Shown piece after piece: positions 11,580 through 24,700 of a DNA stretch of 64,000 nt. The stretch spans positions 138,446,001 through 138,510,000 of the forward strand of contig NC_059429.1 in NCBI RefSeq assembly GCF_021028975.2. Direction: 5' to 3'. The notes under the pieces were generated by a model. It was not told the origin of the DNA. It ran no database searches and saw only the letters and a program-made list of their open reading frames with translations. Made by a program: the position numbers and the translations under genes. Within the stretch, counting starts at the first letter, position 1; each line of letters opens with the position of its first letter. The DNA comes from Sphaerodactylus townsendi (lineage: Eukaryota).

Positions 11580-12080
11580 GGCGGCGGCAGTGCTGGGAAC
11601 AGGCTCCGAGTGACCAGGAGGGCTGAGACCCACCAGGCTATAAACCCGTGGCTGGGAGGAACCCGCCTGGGAGTGGAGGAAATGCTCTGCACGTTGATTG
11701 ACAGGGAGCTCCAATAAAGTCAGCTTTCCTGGCCTGCGTGTGCCGCCCACCACTCACCTGGAGGGCTGGATCCAGCCAAGCACAATGCGAAGCCCTTGCA
11801 AAGACACCTTCCGCCGTGTTGACATTGGCAGTGATCTTTGTGTGGGCTCTAGAAGTGTGGTGTTGGCGCTGGCAGTGGAGAAGCCTGACCTCACCTCTGG
11901 AACGGATTCCTTCAAGTGTTGGCCAGCTGGGCCATTGGGAAGGGGGGGGGGCCCACAAGGCCCTCAAGTACCAACTGCGGTTTGTTTGCACATCCCTAAG
12001 GGGAGATGTTGCCAGCTCCCGAACTGGATCCTCCCAGTACCAAGATACCCAAAGTCAGACGGGGGTGATTCTTGCAGTGA

Positions 12081-13522
12081 GCATACGAACATAAGAACAT
12101 AAGAACAAGCCTGCTGGATCAGACCAGAGTTCATCTAGACCAGCTCTCTGCTACTCGCAGTGGCCCACCAGGTGCCTTTGGGAGCTCACGTGCAGGATGT
12201 GAAAGCAATGGCCTTCTGTGGCTGATGCTCCTTTGTTAACCTGGTCTGCCTAAGGCAGCATTTTGGTAATCTCAGATCACTCAAAGGGTGATCACTACTG
12301 CACAAAGGATTATCGGCTGCCCTCTTCCCTCCTTGGAAGAAATCTATATAATTCCCTGGCTTCCAACATAAAGCCCAAAATATTCTGAGGGACCCGCCTC
12401 ATCCAGCACACTCTCTTTTTAAACTGCTACCATCTGGCGCAGATCTATACAGGGCCCCTCAGAATCCATAGGGACAAAGAGGCTTAGAGACAGCTTCTAC
12501 CTCCTAGAGCTGTGGCTATGCTAAACCTGGCTCCGCTACTTGCTATATTGATGTATTTGGGGCTGTGTAGGGATGGGTAAAGGGAGTGATGATGATGTAT
12601 GGAGTCTGAAATTGTGTGCATCGAGGAATGCTGCTGTAAATTTCGATTTGTGCGAAGCGTGCACAATGACAATAAAATGCTTATGCCTTTATGCTTTACG
12701 CTTTCATGCTTATCAAGGAGGATCAAGATGTGGTAGCCATACACGACTTCCTCTCCATAAATCTGTCCAAGCCCCCTTTAAAAGCCATCCAGGTTAGCGT
12801 CATCACCACTCCTCCTGTGGGTAGTATATTCCAAATGCACCAACTCCACCCGCTATGCGAAGAAGTGTTTCCTTTATTGGTCCTAATTCTCCCAGTGCGC
12901 AAGACATTTCAATGGATGCCCCTTGGTTCTAGTATTAGAGAAAGTAGGAAAATGTCTCTCTGTCAACATTTCTACCCCTATGCATCATTTTATAGACTTC
13001 AATCATATATCCCCCCCTCAGACATCTCCTCTCCAAGCTAAAGAGTCCCAAACGCTGCAGCCTCCATAAGCAAGGAAGCGGCGCTCCAGTCCCTCAATCA
13101 TCCTCGCTTGCCCTTCTCTGCACTTTTTCTATCTCTTCGAGTATTATCCTTTTGAGATGTGGGTGACCAGAACTGAACATAGGACTCCAAGTGCAGTCAA
13201 TGCGATTCCACGGCTTTATATATGGGCATGACAATCCTTGCAGTTTTATTATTATCAACTCCTCTCCTCTAAATGATCCCCAGCATAGAGTTTGTTTTTC
13301 ACAGCTTTCGCCATGCATTGAGCTGGATATCTCTGGGCATTTGAACTATCCACTTAGACGTCAGTCCTTCTTCCTGGTCTGTCAGACTGATAGCACTTGG
13401 ACCCCTGTGCAGTATGTACATGTGGAAGTTTGGATTTCTTGCCCCTATGTGCATCACTTTGCATTTTGCTACATTGAACTGCATTTGCCATTTCTTAGCC
13501 CACTCACCTAATTTATCAAGGT
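12081..13522 (-). mobile_element. 5'-truncated CR1 LINE with a nested Rex1/Babar fragment
   Basis: (cataagaa)n tail at ~12087; minus-strand ORF remnants MQFNVAKCKVMHIG and EEIEKVQRRA. Confidence 0.85.
12283..12711 (+). mobile_element. Rex1/Babar-like LINE 3' end
   Basis: Remnant reading TAQRIIGCPLPSLEEIY..ILRDP.HPAHSLFKLLPSG..RLRDSFYP.AVAMLN, followed by an (ATGCTT)n tail. Confidence 0.7.
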
Positions 13523-14088
13523 CCTTTCAAGTGTTGGCCAGCTGGGCCATTGGGAAGGGTGGCGGGGGCCCCACAAGGCCCTCAAGAACGAACTGCGGTT
13601 TGTTTGCACATCCCTAAGGGGAGATGTTGCCGGCTCCCAAACTGGATCCTCCCAGTACCAAGATAACCAAAGTCAGACGGGGGTGATTCTTGCAGTGACC
13701 AAAAGCAGGCTGAACTCTGACCTCCCCAGCAAGAATATGCTGCTGATCAGAAGCAAACCACCCAGCTGGGGAGAAAAGCAGGACATAAATAAATGCGTCA
13801 ATAAATGTAAACACCCCTCCACCCCAACGACCAAAGACAGGAGGAGGGGCGCAGAGGAGAAGGGAGGCACTTCATTCCTTGGAGGGTAAGGACAGCCCAC
13901 TGGAGCAAAACCTCATGGGCACACAGAACTGACCACCACCACGACCCTGACCCGAGCTGGGCCTTCAACATCTGTCTCCCAGCTGCAGTGTTAGGGACTT
14001 AGAGAGTGGCACAGTGCTGCCCACCTGCCAACGCTCTGGACCCCTTCCCCCCAAAGAATCAGGGGGCTTTAGACTGTTTACATTAGAG

Positions 14089-14526
14089 CAGTGGCGGCTA
14101 ACCTGATGGTGACTGGTGCCAGAGGTGGCACCTCTCAGAGCTCCCTCTGTGGGCACGCACACAGGAAGTGCGCCATGTAGGGGAAGCTGTTAAACCCCAC
14201 TGGATTTTCATGCGAAGGCAACTTCAAAGCTTATCTTCCGGGAGTAAGCTTTCTGGTTGCTTGCAATAGGGTTTGCCTTCTGCAAATCCTCCTAGGGCTC
14301 ATGATTCACCAAGAAGAGGCTGCACGTTGCTTCAAAGCAAAGCCACCTGGAGAGTACCACCAAGCTTACTCCTGAGTAATGCATGCCTTGGAGCCAACCA
14401 CTGCTTTTTCCTAAAACTAAACCTCAAAGGCATTCAAGGTTAAATGGCTGTGTCGGCTTTGCGATAAATAAGTGGGTTTTGGGTTGCAATTTGGGCACTC
14501 GGTCTCGAAAAGGTTCGCCATCACTG
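14089..14526. mobile_element. Non-autonomous hAT (Charlie-like) element
   Basis: CAGTG...CACTG termini, TSD CATTAGAG. Inverted sister copy at 48400-48889. Confidence 0.85.
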
Positions 14527-16473
14527 CATTAGAGCTTCCTGCTTTTCTGTTCCACAGCCCTTCTTGCTGCTTCTGGTGGTTGCTTTATTGTTTTTCCCTT
14601 CTTGAACGTTTCTTGGCAGGGGAGATCTCAGAAATAAGGAGGTGTTCGGTGGGAATCTGCCCATGTAGTCAGGGTGCAGTGGAGTGTGTGGATCCCTGAT
14701 GCATCCTGGTTTCCAGCCTGGTTCTAGCAAAGGGATCAGCTGTCTGCCTCTTCGCCCCGCCCCCCGGCCCCTGCCTACAGGGAGCAAGAGTGTGTGTGGT
14801 TCATTTCCCTGGGCCTCTCAGAAACGACTCTTTCCGGGATGCCTCTCTTGGTTTACAGAGGTCTGACTGGAAGCGCACAACGAGTTTTGAAAATCCTTTA
14901 AGTTTCTATGCTGATATTTTCTTTGATTGCATTACTTTTATGATTTTATGCTTAAAGTATGACCAGTTAAAAATGAACCAAAGTAGGCCTTTTGCTCTCT
15001 GGCTTTTGTTACTAGCCAGATCAGCAAAAGCCTGGATGAAACACCCTTTGTTCTCAATTCTACATGGGAATGTATGAGATTGTGAACTAAGTTGTTTTTG
15101 AGGTCTTGTCCCGTCCGGGTAATTTGAGTCTGCCCTTTTCTTGATACAAAGTACATGGCTAAACATGTTTAGCCTGGCCTCTGTCTGTAGGCCAATAGGG
15201 CAACAGAGAACAATTTCCCCTGATAAGGTGAGGCTGGGCCTTAGTCTTCATAATAATAATGTACAAAGGGGGGTGAACAAATTGACATCTTCCGTTTGAG
15301 AGGGAGATAATTTGTTCGAGTTGGTTTTATCAAAAGCCCCGCCAGCATGGCCAATAATTGACCATGCTGCTTGCAGCTGATGGGAATTGTAATCATAACA
15401 TCTGGAGTGCCAAAGGTTCGCCACCACGGAATTAGAGCATCAGTTTGCCCCAAATGTTTTGGGTAAGGGGATGACTTCTCCACCCTCTGCAAATGATTGA
15501 TTGATGATGATTGTACTTTGGGGTGTATTCTTTCTATTGCTATTCTGATGTAAACCGAGCAGTGCACAAAACCCAAGAAACCTGCTGTTTCATTTTTTAG
15601 TGTGGCTCCTCTGAGACATAGTCTGTTCGCTTGTTGGCCTGAATAAAATATTTCTTTGATTTTTTATTCATTGTCAGCTTGAGCTCTTTGGGCTTAAATA
15701 TTTGAACCTGCAAGTACCCTTGCGTATGACATTTGTCCCGAGCTTGTCCCAGCAGGGGACACAGGGAAGCTGTTTGGCCACCTTGTGGGAATGTTCCGGG
15801 AGAGCTCCTTCCAGAGAGTTCGCCTTTTGTCTCCCCTGGTTTGTAAATCAACATGAAACGCTGGGAAAGTTTGTCCAGGCAGGCAGCATGGGGCGACACC
15901 CAGCCGTATTTCGGTTTTATCAGATGTGGCTGTCGCTTCTCTGAACAGGTATCTGGCAGAGACAAGCCGGAAGGAGGGCCGGCTCAAGCCCAGACAAGAG
16001 GCGGAGGGTGGTGAGGAACTCGACAAACAGAGGCGTTCAGGAAACAGCAGCGTGGGGCGGCATCACCCTCTCTGGTAAGGACGAGGGCATCACTGGGGGC
16101 TACTCCTGGGCCCAGCACAGCTGCTCAATTTGCCAAAAAATCCCCCCACCGTCAATGCCAAAACTAAGTGTAAGTTGCACAACGCCAGGCCAGCCGTCAC
16201 AAAAGACAGCAATTCAACTGCCATTCCTGAACCAAGTGCCAGATTTCTGTGCGCTGTCATTACCGAACGCTCCTCATCTTTTTGATCGGGCCTGTTCCTT
16301 TAATCTTGCTTGCTTTAAACTTTGTAAATTTAAATTTTAAGAAACTTCAAGCTGCTGTGGGAAATTTGTTTTAATGTGGTTACAATTTTTTAGTTATAGT
16401 ATTTTATGCTACTATTGGAACAGTTAGATAGAGCTCACCAAGCCCTTTGGGAGTGAGGCAGCTTATAAATCTA

Positions 16474-16639
16474 ATTAATAACAATAACAACAACAACAAC
16501 AACAACTATGATGATAATAATAATAACAACAACAACAACAACAATATATTTTACGCAAATACCTCTAATATCCTAGGTCCTTGGGAAAGACTCGATATTC
16601 AGAGATGAATTCCAGACACTTGTACTGTGTTTTTATGTG

Positions 16640-16684
<45 letters not shown>
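16474..16684. repeat. (AAT)n/(AAC)n microsatellites
   Basis: Directly visible at 16474-16545 and 16642-16684. Confidence 0.95.
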
Positions 16685-16685
<1 letters not shown>

Positions 16686-17064
16686 TTTATTAGACACAAT
16701 TTTAACTCAATGGCTTAATATTTTTATATGCTGTATGTCCAAAATACATTTTAAATTAATTTCTATTGAATAACTGATATGCCATTAAAGGTTTCCTTTC
16801 CTTTCCTTGTATAAGTTCAACATTTACTAACCAGAATAAATGGCTAAACTAATAGTTCTGTACAAGATCTTTCATTCAAGCTTCATTACAACATCAGACC
16901 AAAAGCCATATACATGAAACATTTGTCTTTAGTTGTATATCAGATGTTCTGTGGACGTAGCATACTTTGATTTTAGTAAACTTTTGACATGGTGCCCCAT
17001 AATATTATTTCAAGTATGCCAGTGAAACGTGGACTAGACAATGCAACTATTGGATTTGTAATTT

Positions 17065-17270
17065 ATTGTTGAAGGCTTTCATGGCTGGAATCACTGGGGT
17101 GTTGTGTGGTTTCCGGGTTGTATGGCCACATTCTAGTAGCATTTTCTCCTGATGTTTCGCCTGCATCTGTGGCGAAGATGAAGATGGCAGCCGCAGATGC
17201 AGGCAAAACATCAGGAAAAAATGCTACTAGAACACGGCCATGCAGCCTGGAAACCACACAGCACCCCAGG
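17065..17270. mobile_element. Inverted (palindromic) pair of Penelope-like pLTR fragments
   Basis: Left arm ..tagcattttctcctgatgtttcgcctgcatctg.. is the reverse complement of the right arm ..cagatgcaggcaaaacatcaggaaaaaatgcta.. Confidence 0.75.
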
Positions 17271-17399
17271 ATTTGCAACTGGTTGACTGACTGAACTCAA
17301 GGGGTGCTCACCAATGGCTCATCTTCATCCTGGAAAGAAGTGACTAGTGGGGTTCCTCAAGGGTCTGTCCTGGCTCCAGTACTAGTGTGGTGGGGTCTC

Positions 17400-18272
17400 A
17401 TAAGAACATAAGAACTAGCCTGCTGGATCAGACCAGAGTCCATCTAGTCCAGCTCTCTGCTCCTCGCAGTGGCCCACCAGGTGCCTTTGGGAGCTCACAT
17501 GCAGGAGGTGAAAGCAATGGCCTTCTGTTGTTAAAGCGTTGCCCTGAGCAATCTGGTCTGCTAAGGCATTTGCAATCTGAGATCAAGGAGGATCAAGATT
17601 GGTAGCCGTAGATCGACTTCTCCTCCATCAATCTGTCCAAGCCCCTTTTAAAGCTATCCAGGTTAGTGGCCATCACCACCTCCTGTGGCAGCATATTCCA
17701 AACACCAATCACACGTTGTGTGAAGAAGTGTTTCCTTTTATTAGTTCTAATTCTTCCCCCCAGCATTTTCATAATGGGATGCCCCTGGTTCTAGTGCATT
17801 GTGAGAAAGCAGAGAAAAAATTCTCTCTGTCCACATTTTCAGCTCCATGCATAATTTTTTTATAGACTTCAGTCATATCCCCCCCTCAGATGTCTCCCGT
17901 CTCCTCTCCTAAACTAAAGAGTCCCAAACGCTGCAGCCTCTCCTCATAAGGAAGGTGCTCCAGTCCCTCAAATCATCCTTGTTGCTGCCCTTCTCTGCAC
18001 TTCTTCTTTCTAGCCTCTTCATCATCCTTTTTTGAGATGTAAGTAAACCAGAACCTTGAACACAGGGACTCAGAGTGATGCGTCGCAGACTGACGGCTTT
18101 ATATATATATATAAGGGCATGACAAACTAAAGAGTCTCCTTCTTTGGAGGTTTTTAAAGAGAGGCTGGATGGCCATCTGTCAGGAGAGCTTTGATTGTGT
18201 GTTCCTACAGGACAGGGGGTTGGGCTTGATGGCCCTTGGGGGTCTCTTCCAACTCTAGGATTCTGTGATTCT
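17400..18272. mobile_element. CR1 fragments (minus-strand 3' end 17400-18125; plus-strand tail 18130-18272)
   Basis: Same CR1 3' sequence as 3590-4627. A further copy lies at 20460-20900(-). Confidence 0.8.
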
Positions 18273-21099
18273 CATAGCAGTATGTGAATTTCACACCTGA
18301 GAAAAACTCTTCTCTAATCTGGGCTAAGATGAGCAGCCCTTTAGGACAGTGGCCATTTCTCTGATATAGTGTTAGATAGTTCCAAACGAGCTTGCCGTTT
18401 TCCAGTGTGTGTCTGGCTTTGATGCATCTTCAGCGGGTCGGGGTATATTCAGTGTTCATCAAAGTTCCAAACAGGAAACATTTTCATAGTTCATCCTGGA
18501 CTGCATTCTCTCTCAGGCACCTTCCGCACAGCAAATATAGAATGGGTTGCAGGGCATGGAATAAAGCGTGGAACCTGGAAGGCCTCCTTTGCCTCCGTAA
18601 AACCCCACCACCTGAGGCTGTTGCTCAAGTAAACCTGCTGGCTACTCCCAGTAGTATTTTCCACACACCAGCGAAGTGTGTCCAAAGGGAGACTTCCTGC
18701 TTGTGGGAGTTTTGGCCTCCTCGGGAACCTCAGGGAAGGCTCCAGACACCTGCCAGATAAGCAGGAGACGCCTCTTTACCCCCACAGAGCTCTTGACCTG
18801 ACTCCAACTGCCTGAGGTCCCCCCAAGTGGACTGACACATAAACCTGTTTTGCCAGTTTCAGAGCAGTAAGAGAGCAGACGTGCCTCTTAAGGGAAAGTT
18901 TTGGAAACACGGCTGAGTGAGCGGAAGGGTGGGGGGAGCAGAGTGTTCCACGAAGAAATGCCCAGAGAGGGCTCACCCTGGAATGGCTGTCTCCAAGAGG
19001 GAGCCAGAGGGAAAGCCTCTTGTCTGAGAAAGGCCGCTGGGCGGGGTGCCTTGCAGCGGGGAGCATTGAGGAAGAAGAAAGATTATATCCCCCCCTTTCT
19101 CGTCTGTAAGGAGACTCAAGGTGGCTTACAATCTCCTTTCCCTTCCCACCCCGCACAACAAAAACCCTATGAGGTGAGTGGGGCTGAGAGAGCTGCTCCA
19201 AAGAACTGTGACTAGCCCAAGGTCACTCAGCCTGGCATGTGTTGGAGTGCACAAGCTAATCTAGTTCCCCAGATAAGCCTCCACAGCTCAAGTGGCAGGG
19301 CGGGGAATCAAACCCTGTTCTCCAGATTAGAGTGCACCTGCTCTTAACCACTACACCAAGCTGCCCCTCCTCCCTGACCTGGCTGTGGTTCCTTATCACC
19401 TCAGTGCCGTGAGTGACTAAACCTGAAGCCCCATTAGGGTAATTGCTGCCTCAACCAGGGTGCAACACGCCCAGCCATTGCAGCAGCAAGCCTGGGTTTC
19501 GCCACAAGCTGTTCCAGACAAATCTTGTGGCTGCCCAGCTTTACGGAGACGTTTTCCCTCACTCCGGATTATGTGGAAATACCGATGCCTTGACTCACCT
19601 AAAGGTCCAAAGCCTGCTCCAAAGAGGGTGGAGNNNNNNNNNNNNNNNNNNNNNNNNNNNNNNNNNNNNNNNNNNNNNNNNNNNNNNNNNNNNNNNNNNN
19701 NNNNNNNNNNNNNNNNNNNNNNNNNNNNNNNNNNNNNNNNNNNNNNNNNNNNNNNNNNNNNNNNNNNNNNNNNNNNNNNNNNNNNNNNNNNNNNNNNNNN
19801 NNNNAGCCGGGATTCAAAAAGGAAGCCGCCTCCTTTGACTGACACACTCCCTAAAGTTGACAGATGAAAAGGGGGGTGTTCACAAACAAGTAACGCCCAT
19901 TTGCAGCTGCGAGCGCCCTTTCGCCATCGGACGCATGAGCTTAGTCAAGAGCCTGGAGCAACATGAAGCCACCGTGCAGTGAATGGACCCAACGCACGTG
20001 CAACAAGTCCCCTCACACATCTCCAAGCAGACATAAGCAGAATTTGGCAAGTGGGGAGGGAGCTCAACTCCCCCTCCTCTCAGAAACCCCCCCCCCCCAA
20101 CAATCTCCCTTCTTATTTAGCCCAGCAGCGAGCTGAGTGTTGGAGCAACTGACATACATACTGTGCATAACGCTTGCATACATAAAGAGAGCTTCTCTGA
20201 CACTGCTGGGCTTAGAGCAGCATCCATGGTGGGCTGCTACATGTGTTGACCTTTGACTTCCAGATCCGGAAGAGGCCTGGCATGCGTCAAATAGAGTAAA
20301 TAGATGCCAGTTCCAACAGGCTTTGAATGACAACTAAGAGCCATGTTGGCATACCTGAGAGAGTCACTGATGCCAAGCCCCGCCAGTGTCATACCAGAGC
20401 CACAGCAGAACTACTGGGCAGCCTTACCGGGCAAGGGGGGAGCATGTTGTCAGTAGAGAACATAAGAACGAGCTAGCTGGATCAGGACTTCAGAGTCCAT
20501 CTAGTCCAGCGCCTTTCCTTCTGCTACTTCGCAGTAGGCTATCTTCACCAGATGTCTTTGGGAGCTCACCTGCAGGATGTGAAAGCAATGACCTGCTGCT
20601 GCTGCTGCTGCTCCTGAGCACCTGGACTGTTAAAGCATTTGCAATCTCAAATCAAGGGAGGTGATCAAGATTATAGCCATAACTCCGACTTCTCCTCCAT
20701 ACTCCATCAATCTGTCCAAGCCCCTTTTAAAGCTCTCCAGGTGAGTGACCATCACCCCCTCCTGTGGCAGCATATTCCAAACACCAATCATGCATTTAGC
20801 GTTGAAGAAGTCATTTCCTTTTATGAGTCCTAATTCTTCCCCCCAGCACTTTCAATGAATGCCCCCTGGGTCTAGAGCAGAACATCTCTATTGACTTCAT
20901 TTGTGGGGACCCAAAGCGGACGACCACATTCTCCTCTTCTCCCTTTTATCCCCCTAACAACCCTGTGAGGTAGGCTAGGTCGGGAGGATGCGATTGGCCC
21001 CAGTGGAGGGCCGCTTTGGGGCCCAGAAGGTGTTTTCCTCCTCGCAGCCACAGCGGGATCTGAGAGGCACAGAGCACGTGGGGGCGAGGAAGGCAGCTG

Positions 21100-21729
21100 T
21101 ATCAACGCCCCGCGAGTGGAAGGAGCCTCCAGGTCTCTCCTCTCCAGCTCCAGAGCACGAGCGGCCATCAGAACCAAACTCCCGGCTCAGAGGCTCCCGT
21201 GCGGGCGCTGCCTGGGAGGGCCTGCTGCTCACCCCACGCCCCACTGGAGCGTTGCTCGGGGTCCCCTCTCCCCGGGGTCGGGGGGGGCAGAGCGGGCTGC
21301 TTGGCCAAGGCACAGTGTGGTCCCCTAGCCCCCTCCTTAGCGCTGTGCCAGGTCCAGGCGGGAGGTGTCCCGCGGGTCCCTCTGCAGGTGGGAGGTCGGG
21401 GCTGGACCCACCCCCTGCCAGAGCCTGGAGGCGCCCCCGGACGCCCCCCCGGGGACGCCTCGCCTGCAGCAGCCAATCGGTGCAGTAAGGGGGCGGGGTG
21501 AAAACCTTATTTTATCCAATGAATTGATCTAATAAACAATCCGGGCTCACAGCAACAGAGCGATCTGCGGGGAGAGGGGAAAGAACTCAGACCCGCCCCC
21601 CACCCCACGGCGCCTGCGCAGAGAGGCCGCCTGTCCGTTGCTAAGGCGACACGCGCCGATTCTGGGCGCACGCCGATGACGTGAGAGAGAGGCGCCGGCA
21701 GGAGCAGGAGCGGCGGCGCCGGAAGAAGG
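21100..21729 (+). promoter_or_regulatory. DNTTIP1 CpG-island promoter
   Basis: CpG-rich; CCAAT ~21473, GC box ~21490 and TGACGT ~21677 upstream of ATG 21730. Confidence 0.7.
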
Positions 21730-24700
21730 ATGGGGGCAGCCCGGGAGGTTGAGCCGCAGCAGCCGCCGCCGGAGGGAGGAGGGGAGGCGGTCGAGCGGAC
21801 GGACGGCGGGAGCGCCCCGGGAGCAGCGGTGGGTGGCGGGACCCGCAGCGCCCCCTCCCTCCCCTCCCCTCCCTGCCCCCCCCGAGGGTCCCTCTGACGC
21901 CCCTCCCGCTCCTCTCCCCGCAGAGCCCCCCCTGGAACATCATGATCAAACACCGGCTGGTGCAGCGGCGAGGGCGGCGCTCCCAGGTGATGAGCAGGTG
22001 AGCCGGGGGGGGGGGGAGGAACGCAGCCCTTTCACCACCAGCACCCCCCCCACGGCACCGGCCCTCCCCAAAGCGCCCCCATCGGGAGGGCGCCCCCCCC
22101 ACACTGAGCACCTCCTTTCCCCACCCTCGAGCCCTCTAAAGGGGCGCCCAGCAGACTCCCGCCTCTCCTGCCCCCCCCAACTCCCTCCGACCACTCCCCC
22201 CGCCGACCACTCTGCTCCAGCAGGGCCTTCTGGTGCCCCCGGACTGTTCAATTACGAGGCTCTGTGTTCAAATGATGCCTTTATTATGAAACAGCATCAG
22301 GAGCAAGCATGGAGACTTCTATGGCCAGAACTAAGGCAGAAGCAGCAAATCGGTCTCCATTTCACCCCCTCTTCCCTGACTCCCAGTGCCCAAAGGGAGG
22401 GGGGGGGGTTGGCACCCCACCAGTCCTGCAGTCCAGCCTTCCCCTGAGGTCGAAACAACCTGCCTGCCACACCACTGACTGGCAACTCAGCCACAGAGCT
22501 CCAGAAGCAAAAGCTGGAAGGGTGAGAAAGGACATCCTGGCACTGTAATTACATGGGTGGGGGGGACAAGGAGAGGAAAGTTCCCACATCCCAGGCAGGA
22601 GATGTGGCGTGGCAGGGTCACAGCACACCTGGGCTGATCATGACAGGTCCCTCCAAGTGGACCAGTAGTGACTCCCTCTTCCCGCCCCCCTTACTTCACT
22701 TCCCTAGTTCTGGCTGCCTTTGCGAGCGGCTGTTCCGAACTGGGCTCTGTGTTGCTTGCTTTTGGACTTTTTCTGATCCTTTTGCAGTATGTCCCTCATG
22801 CCTGCCGGCCTGTGCTGTGCAAGTATCAGACCTTGTTCCCCTTCTAAAGATGAGCCGAGCCCTGCTGGATTGGACCCATCTGGCCCCTGCTGCTGGCAGC
22901 TGCATGAGGCCACTGGTTGGACTAAATTATTATTATTGGTAGTAGTATTTATTATTTATACTTCATAGACCACTCAACCCCCGGAGGGCTCTGAGCAGTG
23001 TACAGGGCCCATAAACAAGACTGATAAAACAATAGATATAAATAATAAATAATATTATTTATTTAAATAAATGTAAAAATAATGATAATGTATTGAATTT
23101 GTTATACCACCCGCCCACCCCCAGTCTGACCCAGCAGGGCTGTCCTCCTTATGTTCCTGCGTGCTTATGTTCCCGCGGAGCAGCAGTGGCGTAGTGGCTA
23201 AGAGCAGTGGCTAAGAGCAGGTGCACTCTGATCTGGAGGAACCGGGTTTGATTCCCAGCTCTGCCACTTTTGAGGCTGTGGAGAGCTTTATCTGGGAATT
23301 CAGATTAGCCTTTCGTGCACTCCCACCCTGCACGCCAGCTGGGTGACCTTGGAGGTCTAGTCACAGCTTCTTCAGAGCTCCTCTCAGCCCCACCCAACCT
23401 CACAGGGTGTTTGTTGGCGAGGTGAAGGGAGCAAGGAGATTGTCAGCCCCTTTGAGTCTCCTGCAGGAGAGAAAGGGGGGATATAAATCCAAACTCTTCT
23501 CCTCCTCCTCCTCCTCCTCTTCTTCTTCTTCTTTCATGCAGCCACCAAGACTGCAGGGCTTCCTTTGATCCCAGCTGACAGACCAGCGTCAGTTTCCATT
23601 AGCTCTCCTGATGCGCAAGAGATTCACAATAACCAATCTGTATTTCGCTTGTTCTTCAACCGTGTATCTTTACGGCGTCTCTAGGCTGATGCTTGTGGCA
23701 TAATCCATTCCACCCCCACCACTCCAAAATGGTGCCTGCCTTTTGCCTTTTGCCTTGCCATCTTTTTCATTTTGTGGCAGAAGCTCCTCCTGCCTCGAGG
23801 GTAGAGTCAGCTCGGATTTGACTTCTCCAGCCAACACTCTGTGTCCTCAAAGGACAGACTCCCTTGCATCAGTCGGGCTGGAGCCACCAGACAATGGACT
23901 TGTGGCTGTGTGGAGGGGTTCTGTCACTTGAATATTTGGTCTTTGCCCCTGGAATGAGCCCTATGAAGAGGAGCGATGCTCTAGAACAGGGGTAGGGAAC
24001 CTGTAACACTCAAAGAGCCATTTGGACCCGTTTTCCACGGGAAAAGAAAACACTTGGAGCCGCAAATAATTTTTGACATTTTAAAAAATAAAAGACTAGC
24101 ACTATATATATATATAGGGTTTTTTAACCTTTTATTCCGGCTCATTTCACCTGGAGAAGCAAGCATGGATGCGCTTCGGCCCTGCCACCTGGCAGAGCAT
24201 GAACCAAGGATGAAGCCGCGGCTCGCCTTTGCCGTCACGCCTTGAAATATGCCCGCCTGTCTCAGCGGGGTGGGCGAGAGGGGAAGCCTCGGCAAAGGCG
24301 TGGCCCCAGCCAACCATTGGGCAGATAGCAGGCAACACCCTGCTACACCTGCAGAATGCGGGCAACTGGGAGATGGGGCTGGCGGCTCAGCTCGTGGAGC
24401 CACAGTGCAAGGAACTTGGCAAGAAGAGCCGATAAGTACTCTCGGTTTCCGCAGGCCTGAGTTCCCCACCCTGCTCTAGAAATTAGACCATCCCATTTCT
24501 CCCAGGAAACTGGGTGGGAAAATAGCTAGATTGAAGTCCAGCAGCACCTTAGAAACCAACAAGATTTTCTTTTTTTCCCCCAATTGTTATAAATTTTATT
24601 ATTTTCCTATAATACAATAATAGCAAAGAAAGTAATAATCATGACCGGTTACAATCTTCCATAATAAACAAATTATCAGTAAAGGATTTCACAAGGAAAA

